In this document: positions 29,262 through 40,352 of the stretch, piece after piece
Layout of the letters: every line of letters starts with the position of its first letter
Numbering within the stretch: position 1 is the first letter of the stretch
Assembly: GCA_044507735.1 (NCBI GenBank)
Contig: JBIQJB010000001.1
Location: forward strand, 128,001 to 192,000
Length of the DNA stretch: 64,000 bases
Origin: Nitrosopumilales archaeon
GTDB lineage: Archaea; Thermoproteota; Nitrososphaeria; Nitrososphaerales; Nitrososphaeraceae
Reading direction: 5' to 3'
Program-made: the position numbers and the translations under genes
The notes under the pieces: generated by a model
The model's input: only the letters and a program-made list of their open reading frames with translations
What the model was told of the DNA's origin: nothing
The model's database searches: none

Positions 29262-29777
29262 AGACCGACATGGCCACTAGGGCACCGGTGTCAATGTACG
29301 CGGGGCCATTTGTGCCGCAGCGGATACAGTTATCTTCAGCATTGCATCAACTTTGGTGTGTCGCTCATTTTCCAGCTTGCAGCCAAGGGATGTCACCAAA
29401 TCAGCGGAGATTCCCGCGATGTTTTTCAGTACATCGAAATATTGTCGCTCTATGGGGTGCCAAGGCCACCGTTTGTTGCTGAATCCAAGCTGTATCTGAG
29501 TGTGCAAAAAATTCGCGCGGACTGCCATCGGATGCTTTAGGGAGCCGAAGGGTAGTTAAGGGGACGGGATTGTTTCTATTCTGTGTTTTTCAGTCCCTAC
29601 AGGCATGGGAGTCTCTGGAGCATTTGCTTTAACGCGCAAACAGACGTGAGAAAGCGATGGGGCAGTCAGATGCTATCGACAGGATTCCTTGGGTTGCTGT
29701 CTACGGGTCGATATGCGACCAAGACTTGGAACAAGGGAAAGGAGACAAGAAGAAAAAGAAGGAATTGACATTAACAG

Positions 29778-31046
29778 ATGTCCATCGTGTCATCATCGTC
29801 ACCAAAGATCGATCGGCTGGCAGGAATAGAATGCTATTGTACTAGCTTTGCTGGCACTGGCGGATACATAAAGCAGGGAAGCGAAAGCTTTAGAGTTTCA
29901 GAGCTGGTTGATGAGTCCCTTGCTGGTAGCATATCGCCGATCTTTGATGAGCGTCATCGCTATCCTGTGTATCTGCTTGAAAAACGAGGTATTGATTCCA
30001 ACCATGCCCTCCTGGAAATTGAGCGCGAGTGTCGCATCCGGCTCAGAGTGATGGGGATAAAGGATGCTAAGGCCGTCACGACCCAGTATGCAGGCTCTGA
30101 CAGAATCATGAGGACTCCGCCGGCGGAGCTCAAGAGCACACATACTCGACTTACACTCAAAGGATTTACAAAGAGGCCTCTTGGCAAGGAATTTCTCGCG
30201 GGTAACAAGTTTGATATAACTATTCAAGACCCGCGCTCACGTGACCTGTCAGAGCTTGTCCCACAGATATGCAAGGTAGGTAACTTTTACGGCCTCCAGA
30301 GGTTTGGGAGCGAAAGACTGGTGACGCACCTTGTCGGCAGGGAAATAGTAAAACGAAACTTTAAGCGCGCGGTAGAGCTGCTGCTGTCATATACTACGGA
30401 ATACGACACACCGATGAGCCGAGAGATTAGGACAAAGAGCGCCGATCCTGGAAACTATAGGCAGGTATTGAGGACGTTGCCAAGAGGGATGGACATCGAG
30501 CGGCTGGTGATTTCTGCCCTTGTCGCCGGCAGGGACTCGATAGCGGCCCTTCGCGCAGTTCCAATAACTATCCGGCGGCTCTTCGTACAAGCTTACCAAG
30601 CATACATCTTTAACAAGTGTCTCAGCGCCGCAATAGCCAACGGCGAAGACCTGAGTCAGCCGAAAGAAGGGGATTTGTGCTTCGAGATGGAGGGGCCGGC
30701 AACCTTTGGAAGAATACTCAAATTCAATCCCGATTCAAAATCGAAAATGGTTCCGGCGATCAGGATGGCAGGATACAGCTTCCAGCCAGGAAAGGGAAGG
30801 TTTGAAAATATTACCAAACAAATAATGGAACAGGAAGACGTAACGGCAAGAGACTTTTACATAAAGGAGATGCAGGAGCTCAGTCATCAGGGAGGTTTTA
30901 GACAGGCGCCGTTATGGTGTATGGACTTTTCATACAGCAAGAGCCCCGCACTGACTGTTTCATTCAAGCTTCCAAAGGGATCATACGCGACTACCCTCTT
31001 GCGAGAAATAATCAAGCCAAAGGACCCAATCAAGAGTGGATTTTAG
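29778..31046 (+). CDS. truD: tRNA pseudouridine(13) synthase
   Basis: GIKDAKAVTTQY, GNKFDI, NFYGLQRFG, FKLPKGSYATTLLREI. Confidence 0.95.
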   Translation: MSIVSSSSPKIDRLAGIECYCTSFAGTGGYIKQGSESFRVSELVDESLAGSISPIFDERHRYPVYLLEKRGIDSNHALLEIERECRIRLRVMGIKDAKAVTTQYAGSDRIMRTPPAELKSTHTRLTLKGFTKRPLGKEFLAGNKFDITIQDPRSRDLSELVPQICKVGNFYGLQRFGSERLVTHLVGREIVKRNFKRAVELLLSYTTEYDTPMSREIRTKSADPGNYRQVLRTLPRGMDIERLVISALVAGRDSIAALRAVPITIRRLFVQAYQAYIFNKCLSAAIANGEDLSQPKEGDLCFEMEGPATFGRILKFNPDSKSKMVPAIRMAGYSFQPGKGRFENITKQIMEQEDVTARDFYIKEMQELSHQGGFRQAPLWCMDFSYSKSPALTVSFKLPKGSYATTLLREIIKPKDPIKSGF

Positions 31047-31587
31047 CATTTTGGGAGAGTAAGAAAAGAAAGAGTTAGACGAAGATCATTTACTCTGGCG
31101 GCATTTGAAACGCCGAATCTCAAGAATATGGTCATTAAGTGCAGTATTGCACGAGCACTAATGATGATGGTGGTGGTGCCGCTTGGTAAAAGACGATCTT
31201 CTATACTTCCGATGAGAGGATGGAGAGGCGCGGAGGTGGGCAAGCAATTGTTATCAACCCAGATGGCACATCACAGAAATATGCTCAAGGGGCCCGATGA
31301 AAGCAGAAGAAGGGAAGCTTGATCTGCCTCTTCACGTATCTCTGAGTATCACAGCGGCGGACTGACAACTGACCCTGAGATCTGAATGCGGCCAGAAATA
31401 TTGGAAGACGGGTTTGGATCAAGCCCTTGCAGAGACAGAGCCTCTGCTTGTATGACGTCAGCAGCAAGAAAAAACGGACAAGCCAGTCTCAGCCGAGGGA
31501 ATAATGAGCCTCTGAAACTGTTTGCGAGTAGTTCGCCCTGAGCACCTTATTATATGGCACCCAAGTTTAAGAAAGACGCGCAACAAA

Positions 31588-32241
31588 ATGCTCGGCGGGA
31601 AAGGCCTTAGGGAAACGATAGATGAGAACCTTGCAAAGTTGCACGAGGACCTTAGCATCAAGATAGACAAAAAGAATCCAGACAGGATCCATGCAGAAGA
31701 AGCGTGTGGATGCACCAGGTTCGCATATTATGAGCGCAAGGATCCAATACCTGAGGACAACCGTTTCATCATTTCAAGCCTCTTGGAAGATGGAATGCGC
31801 AAGTCGCTGACCAACAAACGCGGAGAGTACCAGGTCGACAATCTGTCGCTTGAAGTAAGCGCAGACCTGATAATGGCGGATGAGTTTGTCGTAAGATTCG
31901 AGATCGTCCCCACACTTCCTGAAGTTCCACACCCGCGCCATCTTTTGTATCTGAACGCATGCCTGTTTGCATTGAACAAGTCAGAGGGCATCCTGATCTA
32001 CATGACGAGCGAAGGCAAGACGGTCGAGTTTTCGAATACAAAAAACAACAGGATGTTTGAAGAGGTCGTAAGAAGAGCAAGGGTACTCAGCACACTGCTA
32101 AAGGATGGCAAGGTTCCAATAGTCGAACCATCTGAACTGTGCATTGACTGCAAGTATTATGAAAGATGCTACGCAAAGAAGCAGGTAAAAGACCAAAGCT
32201 CAGGCTTTATCCTTGAAGAATTATTCAAGCCCAAGAAATAA
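31588..32241 (+). CDS. solo Cas4-like Fe-S / PD-(D/E)xK-fold protein, apparently inactive
   Basis: N-terminal Cys (EACGCTR) plus C-terminal C-x2-C-x5-C; ExK and QxxxY motifs absent; ATG 31588 preferred. Confidence 0.75.
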   Translation: MLGGKGLRETIDENLAKLHEDLSIKIDKKNPDRIHAEEACGCTRFAYYERKDPIPEDNRFIISSLLEDGMRKSLTNKRGEYQVDNLSLEVSADLIMADEFVVRFEIVPTLPEVPHPRHLLYLNACLFALNKSEGILIYMTSEGKTVEFSNTKNNRMFEEVVRRARVLSTLLKDGKVPIVEPSELCIDCKYYERCYAKKQVKDQSSGFILEELFKPKK

Positions 32242-32260
32242 TAAAAAAGGTTGACGCCGG

Positions 32261-32401
32261 CTACCCTTCGTGACTTTCGGCGTGACCTTCTGCCCCTGAG
32301 TAACCTAAACTATACCTTCTTGCCCTCGCGCCAAAAACAACGGCCGCCAGGAACACAAAGATACCTGTAGTCACCGCGAACATCATAGTTCCGTCTGCCA
32401 T
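32261..32401 (-). CDS. 46-aa single-TM protein
   Basis: MADGTMMFAVTTGIFVFLAAVVFGARARRY... Confidence 0.55.
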   Translation of the reverse strand: MADGTMMFAVTTGIFVFLAAVVFGARARRYSLGYSGAEGHAESHEG

Positions 32402-32479
32402 ACTACCACAGAGCCTCGCTCGAAACTTAATATCCTTATTGCATGGCAAATACCTAAGCAGGGATATTATCACAAAATC

Positions 32480-33055
32480 TTAGGGGAATGTCAGGCTGAA
32501 CACGCCTTCACCCGGAGTCGTCTCAAAGTTGCCGCCCGTAACCCTGTAGATGTAGCTGCCCTCAACTAGGTATTGCGCGTTTCCTGCGACCATACTATCC
32601 CAGGCATCAGCTACTAGGTTGTTCCTTTCTGTGACCCTAGTGTCTTTGAGTGTGATTGTGCTATTACCGACTATTGTGAACGTGCCTGCTTGGGACCCGA
32701 CAAATCCTTCGGGGCTGACACCAATGTCGCCGGATGTCATGACGAAGTTGCCTACATGCAGCGTGTAATGAATCGTTTCAAGTATCATAGTTCCTCTGTT
32801 CGGATTGTGGGCCGTAAAGACGACCTGTACGTTTGCGTTTCTGTCATCCGTCTTGCGTACAATGACATCTTGCAGGTTCAATTGCAGCTCTGCCGTCTGG
32901 ACAGAAGGTGCTGAATTCTGCTGCTGCCCGCCCGGGAGCCCGATGTTCCCTGAACCCAAGACGAAAAAAATCACTATTGCAGCGACCCCGATACCGCCGC
33001 CTGCCACGTAAAGGGCCTTTGTATTCACGATATTTTTTCTCACCTTCATCCGCAC
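32480..33055 (-). CDS. membrane-anchored LEA_2/WHy-like protein
   Basis: N-terminal TM; VFTAHNPN..TMILETIHYTL pattern. Confidence 0.7.
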   Translation of the reverse strand: MRMKVRKNIVNTKALYVAGGGIGVAAIVIFFVLGSGNIGLPGGQQQNSAPSVQTAELQLNLQDVIVRKTDDRNANVQVVFTAHNPNRGTMILETIHYTLHVGNFVMTSGDIGVSPEGFVGSQAGTFTIVGNSTITLKDTRVTERNNLVADAWDSMVAGNAQYLVEGSYIYRVTGGNFETTPGEGVFSLTFP

Positions 33056-33482
33056 TTTAAATCTGTCGATTAGAGTAGTGTTCAGAAGGGCTTGTCATTA
33101 TATCCGCTCTCTTTCCACGACAAGGCTCATGACCGCGCAAATGATAACTTGTGTTGGTCCATTAGGGGAATTCGAAGGAGGATGGGGAGGGAAGATGGAG
33201 TATTGTCATGCGACCTATTTGACTGCTGAAATGAGATTACCCACCCGCAAAAGATCGACGTTTGACGAATGCAGATTGAGGACCTGTCCGGTTGGGAAAA
33301 ACTTTATACAAATGAGCCGCTTGGCGAACCGTCAATCTACAGCTGCAAAAACAACATCTGCATCGTCAGCGTGGGCGTTGTTCCTATTCCGAGATTCGAT
33401 CAATGTCTTTTCATATCTCCATTGTTACTCTGTGAAGATTGAAGCAAATGCTTATACTATCTGGTCTTGAATTTGCTGTTGT

Positions 33483-33800
33483 TTGCAGTATCACAAGGCA
33501 GCACACATTGGGCAAGAGCGGGCCAGAAAGGCTCAGATGCGGCTGTTTGACTATACTGGCTTTGCGATGCTAACCTACACGATAAAGCAGGGAAAAGCTG
33601 GATTCGATCCGGTTGGTGAGGAAGATCTGGCGGGCAAGATGACGAGGGGAAGCGAGTCGATGCTCTTTATCTGTGACAAGGACGGCTATGCCAAGGCCCA
33701 ATCAAGGCCGATGCCGATCGAGCAGGGTGAAGCGATTTTCAAAAAGATGCTTGCAGATGGCATGCCAGAATATACTGGTGAAATCAAGACCGTCTCTTAG
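33483..33800 (+). CDS. conserved hypothetical protein
   Basis: 105-aa ORF with natural composition; TTATA box upstream. Confidence 0.65.
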   Translation: MQYHKAAHIGQERARKAQMRLFDYTGFAMLTYTIKQGKAGFDPVGEEDLAGKMTRGSESMLFICDKDGYAKAQSRPMPIEQGEAIFKKMLADGMPEYTGEIKTVS

Positions 33801-34108
33801 GGACCTCACTTGAGCATTTTGATGGGATGAACACACAACATCAATCTGATAAGTACACTATCAGCGATCATTATGCACGGGCCGCTTATCAGAAACCGCT
33901 ACGCCGCGTATGCACAACCTATCTAAAAAGAACAGTCGTCAAAGGAAATGGGTGCATGAATTACTCGTACCGTGAATTGTTCCTCCTAAAACAGGATTGA
34001 GATATAGTTCAAGGTTCCCGCTGCGAGGCCGCATAATGAAAAGATTGGCAGAATTCTCATATCGCCCTGCTGCCGGCCACCGAATGAAACCTCGATTTCC
34101 TGCGATGT

Positions 34109-34804
34109 CTATACTAGGATTCTCGTCCCTGTGACACTCCCCTCTATTGCGTTCTTGATGGTTGTCGGCTCTGACCTTAGCACAACTGTTGGTATCTTGC
34201 TCCGCTCTATGACCTTGAGCGCGACAATGTCCATAAGGTCGTAGGCACCGGCCGCCGAGTTCTCAGAGCTCAGGAGCTCCAGGCACTCTTTCACAGTGAT
34301 CTCTGTGAACATCTTGGCGTCCTTGTTCGCATTCGGGTCAGAATCGTAGATGCCATTGACGTCAGTCGCGTTCAGGAACATCCTTGCCTTGATTTTTTCG
34401 GCTATGAGGGCGGCGGTCGCGTTGGTGCTCTGTCCGGGGTGCAGGCCGCCGGTAACCAGTATCTTGCCGCCATCTGCTTCTGCAACAGCTCTGGCCACCT
34501 GCTCCAAGTCTGTCGGAACTATTGGATACGCGTGGTCTCCAAGTGCCGCCATCAGCAACTTGGCGTTGAGCCTGGATACCTCGATGCCCATTATGTCAAG
34601 CGATGCCTCATCAGACCCAAAACCTCTCGCAATGCCTATGTAGTGGCGGGCCACCTTGCCGCCGCCAGCAACTACCACAGGTTGCACCTGGTGTCCAACA
34701 ACGTCAAGCAACATGCGTGCATATTCTTTCAACTGGTAAGCAGCATCGTCTCCAAAGACCCTTCCTGAAAGTTTGATTACAACGCGATCTCTTTTAGTGG
34801 CCAA
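34109..34804 (-). CDS. pyrH: UMP kinase
   Basis: VVIKLSG, VAGGGKVAR, GGLHPGQST, ATDVNGIY..DP; TTG start at 34804 inferred. Confidence 0.93.
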   Translation of the reverse strand: MATKRDRVVIKLSGRVFGDDAAYQLKEYARMLLDVVGHQVQPVVVAGGGKVARHYIGIARGFGSDEASLDIMGIEVSRLNAKLLMAALGDHAYPIVPTDLEQVARAVAEADGGKILVTGGLHPGQSTNATAALIAEKIKARMFLNATDVNGIYDSDPNANKDAKMFTEITVKECLELLSSENSAAGAYDLMDIVALKVIERSKIPTVVLRSEPTTIKNAIEGSVTGTRILV

Positions 34805-36056
34805 GCTTGCCCGCTCCCATGTACAATGTTTCCTGTTCTCCAAGCACCTTTTTAACGGATCGCTCGACTCTCTCGCGGTTCTCCGCGGTCGTGTAGACTC
34901 GGAGCATGTCAAAGAACCCTGAAATCGATTCCACAAGCGGAATCTCTGACACTGGCAGGTCGTATGCTCGACCCTTGTCAACCACAAGAATTGAATACAT
35001 CTCGTCCTTGCTAGGAGTCAGGGGCATCGAAGGTGCACGCGAGGCATCTACAAACACTTGATTCCTGTCAATTCCAGCAGCGTCAGCTACACGCGAAGCA
35101 GTAATTTGAAGTGCCTTTCTGTCCATCTTTTGCCTGTCGCGCTTGTGAAGAAATTTTTCATACACGCTCTTTAGCAGCCGCCTGTCGCGGTAGTTCTGGG
35201 CCAACTTGGCCGAAAATTCGTGCTTGGCATCAAGAGAGCAGAGACGTTCCAGCGTCGCCTCGTCTGTAAGTGAAAGATAGTCTGAAAGGGAAATATCATT
35301 CAACCCCAGTGCCTCACTGGCTGCAGTCATTGATCGGATAAGCATCACTTCGGCGGCACGCACGGTCTTGTGAAAGTATACCGCCTTGAACATTTCATAC
35401 CTGGAGATGAGCATAGACTCTAGCGAGTTGAGCGCCGACCTGTTGATTGCGAGCCTGTTCTTGTAAACTTCAAGCGAACTCACCAGCCTGTGATAGTCCA
35501 CCTTGGCGTATTCGGCGCCGGTGAAGAGCCCGTCGCGGGGCAAATAGTCCATGATGTCTGCAGACAAAGCGCCGGAAACGATCTCGTTCATGAAGTTCAC
35601 CTTTGACTGCCCAAACGATAGCTTGCAAATAACCTCTGCGCTGTGGCCATGCGAATTCAAAATGTCCACAATTTCTGTTCCCATGATTATCCTTCTTCCC
35701 ATTTCTTCGTGGCTCGTATTACAGCCGTATTCAAGCACTTCTTCAAAGAGGTGAGAAAACGGGCCATGACCTATGTCGTGGAGTAAAGCAGCCAGCCTGA
35801 GGTCCTGCACTTCTTCTGCATGGTCGATGTAACCCTTTGCAAGCAGCGCTTCTCCCGCAAGACCTGCCACGTGCATTGCCCCCAGCGAGTGTTCAAAGCG
35901 AGAGTGCTGGGCGCTAGGGTATACTAGGTGCGCGCCTGCAAGCTGGCGTATCCTGCGAAGGCGCTGGAATGCTGGGGTGTCTATAATGTCTTTCTCAACC
36001 GGCGAGAACCTGATGTACCGGTGCACTGGGTCGGTTATCTCGCCTGCAAACTCCAT
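34794..36056 (-). CDS. HD-domain phosphohydrolase (dNTPase/YdhJ-like)
   Basis: FQRLRRIRQL, HSRFEHSLG, LHDIGHGPFSH, DIMDYL.RD, VYFHKT. Confidence 0.92.
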   Translation of the reverse strand: MEFAGEITDPVHRYIRFSPVEKDIIDTPAFQRLRRIRQLAGAHLVYPSAQHSRFEHSLGAMHVAGLAGEALLAKGYIDHAEEVQDLRLAALLHDIGHGPFSHLFEEVLEYGCNTSHEEMGRRIIMGTEIVDILNSHGHSAEVICKLSFGQSKVNFMNEIVSGALSADIMDYLPRDGLFTGAEYAKVDYHRLVSSLEVYKNRLAINRSALNSLESMLISRYEMFKAVYFHKTVRAAEVMLIRSMTAASEALGLNDISLSDYLSLTDEATLERLCSLDAKHEFSAKLAQNYRDRRLLKSVYEKFLHKRDRQKMDRKALQITASRVADAAGIDRNQVFVDASRAPSMPLTPSKDEMYSILVVDKGRAYDLPVSEIPLVESISGFFDMLRVYTTAENRERVERSVKKVLGEQETLYMGAGKLGH

Positions 36057-36082
36057 TGCCTTATCACTGCGTGGAAGAGGAC

Positions 36083-36676
36083 TTAAACTTTCAGCTCTTT
36101 TCTAACTATCTTCATGATTTCCTGGTGAACCTGTTCTTTGCTCTTTGAGCCGTCTATTACCTTCCATCTGAACTTCTTTGCAAATTTCAAATAATTCTTG
36201 TACGCCTTGGCTGCAAGCTGCTTATCTGACTCAAACGCATCAAGATTTTCTGCTCTCTCTACTGACATCTCCGGCCTTACCAGAATGACTATTACCAGAT
36301 CCTCCTTTGGCAGTCCCTTGTCAAGCTTTAGCAGCCAGCTTGCATCCATGCCATTTGAAGCTCCGTACACTAGGTTCGACTGCCAGTAGCGGTTCATAAC
36401 GACGATTGTGCCGCTCTCAACCATGCTTTCGATCTCCTTCTTTTTCTCCCACCTGTTTGCCGAGAAGAGCAGGTGCTTTGTTTCCGGGGGGTAGTCGCGC
36501 TTGCCATCAAGGAAGGCCTTTATCTCTGTCCCAATTGGCGTACTATAATCAGGAAAATCGACGACCACGGAAACCTTGCCAAGCGCCTTGACGGCTTCTG
36601 CGAGCATGCGGGACTGGGTTGTCTTCCCGGCTTTGTCGGTGCCTTCCAGCACTATTATCTTGCCCTTTGCTGCCAC
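36083..36676 (-). CDS. tmk: thymidylate kinase
   Basis: IVLEGTDKAGKTTQ, LFSANRWE, NRYWQSNLVYG. Confidence 0.95.
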   Translation of the reverse strand: MAAKGKIIVLEGTDKAGKTTQSRMLAEAVKALGKVSVVVDFPDYSTPIGTEIKAFLDGKRDYPPETKHLLFSANRWEKKKEIESMVESGTIVVMNRYWQSNLVYGASNGMDASWLLKLDKGLPKEDLVIVILVRPEMSVERAENLDAFESDKQLAAKAYKNYLKFAKKFRWKVIDGSKSKEQVHQEIMKIVRKELKV

Positions 36677-37208
36677 CGTCGGGGGTTAATGAAAGCGTCA
36701 ATAAAAAGACATTGTTTGTCGGCAGCAGGTATGGCCCACCAAGAGTTGACGTCTTGTGAAAATACCGTCCTCCTGTGTCACCAGATGTGTGCTGAATCTC
36801 TGTTTTATCATGTGCCTTGGGAAATGCGTGGTTCTCCATGCTGTGCACTTTCTTTGGAGGTTCCTGCTGCTATTCTCTCCGTATTAGAGACGGTTCTCTT
36901 GGACACATTTGTGCGTGCATCTGATTGGTCAGCGCTGCTCAGCTTCCCGAAAAGCTTTGTCAAAATGGCAAACTGTGATCGTTTCTTTTCTATACAACCA
37001 AGCTGGTCTTCCAGCAGCATCAAATACTCCACCGCAGCTAGCCACGCGGTGGCTGAACTGGAGCCTCGCTGCTCTTGGCATACAATGAAAACAGCATCTA
37101 TCTTTCAGGGATATGATGTTGACCGATAGGTCACACACGTTACAAGAAGAAGTGTCGTCGGTGTCTTGGGCAGGGAGTTGCGTGACAGTCAGTGAATATT
37201 TTCCACGG

Positions 37209-37609
37209 CTATTCGCTGGCCCCTGGGGGCAATATCTTCGAGCCTCTGATGTGCTTGACGATAGTATGAATCAGTTCGTCCTTGCGCACCGGCTTGAGGA
37301 TAAAGTCATCGACCTGCTGTTTGGCAACACTTTGTCAACCTCTGACTTGTGGATCTCAAATGACGACATCAACACAACCTTGACGTCAGGATTAACCTGT
37401 CGCACACGCCTTGTAACTTCAAAGCCGGATATTCCCGGCATGCGTATGTCAGAGAGAACAAGGCCGTACTCTGTCGAGTACTGCCGCCAGTGGTCAAGCG
37501 CGGTCGCAGGACTTGTAAAGGCACTTACATTCATGTTGTTGCGAATTAGAATCTGCTTGATTACACGTGCCGTATCTTGATCATCGTCTATCACCAAAAT
37601 TCTTGTCAT
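37209..37609 (-). pseudogene. stand-alone response regulator with frameshift near 37313
   Basis: ILVIDDD, LSDIRMP, MSSFE in frame; the expected VDDFILKPVRKDEL continues in another frame to a stop at 37209. Confidence 0.75.
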
Positions 37610-37651
37610 TGGCCTTTTTGTGCTGGGTATATGGACTCCCCCGCCTACTGG

Positions 37652-38206
37652 CTACAGCAGCCTTCTGAAATGACTCGCTGCCATTGCCTGCTTTTGCTCC
37701 TCGGTCAAGGTGGCGTAGTCTCTGGCATGATATGCGCAAAACGCCTTTATCCTAACTCTCGGCTTTGGTGTTACCGAACTCTCGTATTGAAGCATTTCAG
37801 ATATCTTGCCATACATGAAAAATGAACCCATGTCGCCAAATGAGCAGACGCCTGCCTTGCCTTCTCTCTCTGCCCTTGTGACGAGAGACTTGCTAAGGTT
37901 GATGGTGCCTGAATGATCTTTGTCGCTCTGATAGCCCTTTACGGCATCGATAATCACAAGTGAGCCTTCTCTTTCATACCTGTCCACATCGACACCGTAG
38001 CTGCGCAGGTTATCTCTAACTCTATCTATTGGTTCGTAGTGAGACGCGATAAGCACAATTTCATCATATTTTGGATGGAGATGCTGCCTGACATACATGC
38101 AGTACATCTCGCGAAAAGCATCAAGGTCAGGATAGACCAGCAGATTGTGCTCATGAAAGCCTGAAGCCTCGATCATGATCTTTGCATCATCGCTCAAAGA
38201 TGTCAC
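37652..38206 (-). CDS. MEDS (DcmR sensory) domain protein
   Basis: EHNLLVY, GSLVIID, GDMGSF, YE...FCAYH pattern. Confidence 0.82.
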   Translation of the reverse strand: MTSLSDDAKIMIEASGFHEHNLLVYPDLDAFREMYCMYVRQHLHPKYDEIVLIASHYEPIDRVRDNLRSYGVDVDRYEREGSLVIIDAVKGYQSDKDHSGTINLSKSLVTRAEREGKAGVCSFGDMGSFFMYGKISEMLQYESSVTPKPRVRIKAFCAYHARDYATLTEEQKQAMAASHFRRLL

Positions 38207-38653
38207 GAGCGAAACAGTGACTTTACTGGCATATCAAGGTTGAGAGATTTCTCTTACAGAACGTGTATCGGTGTGATGGATGTTGGAGGAGCGGAGTCTC
38301 GGCCATTTTTTCTCGCGGCTTAAAATAATGATAGTATTAGTTGTTCCTTCCCTCAACTGGCTGGCTGGCTGCCTACATTAACCAGAAGCCATCTCCCTTT
38401 TATTATGTGCGCCATCTTTTCTTAGCTGCCCAATGATCATACTTTTCCTAGTTCATTATTGATGTCGATGTGCGCGTGGATGTATTGATGCCCATTGACA
38501 TGCTCATCCAAAAGATCTTGAGCATTATTTAGGATTGAGGAAGGTTCATGCCATTTTACGCGGTCTGGTGAGAGAGAATTTAATGCCAAAAACCAACAAA
38601 TTAAAATATTAACAGACTCTGTTAGGTCTAGTCTTGCGGAAGGTGTTTGCAGG

Positions 38654-39331
38654 TTGAAAGACGATAGATCGACTATTGCCATATTTGACACTTTTAAGAC
38701 CCGCAAGAACAAGTTTACCGGCGAGGCTAAGAGGCAGAGGGGCATCATTGCGCATCTGGCTACAGAGCAGAGCCCAGAGCTCCGCACAAGGACGTCCATA
38801 GCCCACTCAATAGCCAAGCAGCATGGCATCTTGTGGCAGAATATCTATTCGGGCATTTTCCGCGACCTTGACGAGGTACTGATACCGGCTGGTGTAGTGA
38901 AGGAAGGGGGCAGGCTGCCGTTGAGAAGGGGTCCAAAAGCGCTACAGCTTGAAGGTGTGCCCTTCTACGAGCTGACGGATGCTGGCATTCTGGTGGCGTC
39001 AGCAGTCGAAGAACTAGGAGATAAGCGTATGAAGCTTTTAGAGTCTTACGTCTCTTCCCTGCCGGCGAGCGACGCAGGCTCAACTGCAATGAAGGAAGGC
39101 CTGCTTCTCCTGATACCCGCCGCTCCGTCCTTTGTGACCAAGATAATCCGCGAATACATTTACGCCTACAGCACAGGCGAGATAGATAGCATTGCTCCGC
39201 TTGACGCCCGGAAGCTGAAATCGGTCATTGCCGAGCAGATAACCGTGGAAAAAGAGCTGGTGGAGGCCTTCATGATCATGAAGGCAAGCGACAAAGACTT
39301 GGTTACGAACTTTTTCAAAGTTCTGACCTAG
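38654..39331 (+). CDS. conserved thaumarchaeal hypothetical protein (wHTH-like N-terminus)
   Basis: TRTSIAHSIA...IYSGIFRDL...PFYELTDAG. Confidence 0.75.
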   Translation: MKDDRSTIAIFDTFKTRKNKFTGEAKRQRGIIAHLATEQSPELRTRTSIAHSIAKQHGILWQNIYSGIFRDLDEVLIPAGVVKEGGRLPLRRGPKALQLEGVPFYELTDAGILVASAVEELGDKRMKLLESYVSSLPASDAGSTAMKEGLLLLIPAAPSFVTKIIREYIYAYSTGEIDSIAPLDARKLKSVIAEQITVEKELVEAFMIMKASDKDLVTNFFKVLT

Positions 39332-39489
39332 CGGCCTTCTCCTCCGCATGAAGGGCAACGGTACTTTTTCTGCTTCCCCTTGCAGCCTTCACACCGCCAT
39401 ATGCGGGCGCTTCTGCACTTTGGACAGCTGAAACTTTCGGACAGCTCTCCCGGCCTTACTTCCTTTCCACAGGCGTTGCAGTTGGGCAT
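39328..39489 (-). CDS. small archaeal zinc-finger protein (DUF1610-like)
   Basis: Four CxxC pairs: CNAC, FSCPKC, IWRCEGC, YRCPSCG.EG. Confidence 0.8.
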   Translation of the reverse strand: MPNCNACGKEVRPGELSESFSCPKCRSARIWRCEGCKGKQKKYRCPSCGGEGR

Positions 39490-39965
39490 GTCATACGAAC
39501 CGGCATACATCTTGCTTGCGGCATATCCCTTGCCGGAGTATTTTTACTTTTATAAAATGCGAAGCCATCGCTAGCTTGCTGTCTGCGAATTGTTAATTAT
39601 TTGCGAGTGTACAAATGTGACTCTCCACTATCCCTGCTCTCTGAATTGACAAGAAAGAGCGCCAGTTTTTTCTCTGGAATTCTCTGGAATAATGAATATC
39701 ATGAGAATGTGTCGAATTTGATTAAAGCCATTGGCTTGAAATTCGTGTCACCGCATGCCCTTGATCCCACTCGACGAACGTAGGACATCGGTTGTTGTAG
39801 AGGACAAACGAAGCGATGGGATAGCAACCCCCAGTCCTCATGCAAGGATGGTCGTTGCATCAGAACTAGTCCACAGCCAGTTCCTGTTTGTCCTGACTGT
39901 CGACTACAAGCCAACGCCATCTAGCGAAAAATAAAGGATTTATAGCATCTAGCGCAAGTTATGGC

Positions 39966-40352
39966 ATGGGCATTGGAGGATACATGGCAAGAGGTTTGGC
40001 GAAAGAGCTCGACAACAGGTCGAGGGAATTTTACGAGTTTGTGATGCCTGCCATAGATATGGTCGAAGACGGAAGCGATCTCGTCGTTACAATCGATCTC
40101 CCGGGATTTGACAAGAAGGATATTAACCTGAGGATAATCGGTAACGTCCTTTCGATAAGCGCCAAGAGAGCACAGGAAGAGGGCTTTGGCACCGTCTATT
40201 ACAAGCACAGACCAAACAAGATAGACAAGAAAGTGTGGCTGCCGATTTCTGTAAAGGATGAGGACAAGATTGTGGGCAAGGCCACATACGAAAACGGCGT
40301 GGTGACTCTGAGAGTACCAATACCAAAATCGACCAACATTCCGATAACGTAA
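39966..40352 (+). CDS. small heat shock protein (Hsp20 family)
   Basis: PAIDMVE, IDLPGF.K.DI, ATYENGVVTL.VP. Confidence 0.92.
   Translation: MGIGGYMARGLAKELDNRSREFYEFVMPAIDMVEDGSDLVVTIDLPGFDKKDINLRIIGNVLSISAKRAQEEGFGTVYYKHRPNKIDKKVWLPISVKDEDKIVGKATYENGVVTLRVPIPKSTNIPIT

Noticed and set aside
31046-32260. CRISPR-Cas locus around the Cas4-like gene
   Set aside because: No repeat-spacer array and no cas1/cas2 in the window
34805-34987. 61-aa N-terminal extension of pyrH in the ORF track
   Set aside because: Overlaps the HD-protein CDS; homology begins at TTG 34804
36700-37140. Several overlapping ORFs between tmk and the receiver gene
   Set aside because: Low-information, mutually overlapping and without family signal
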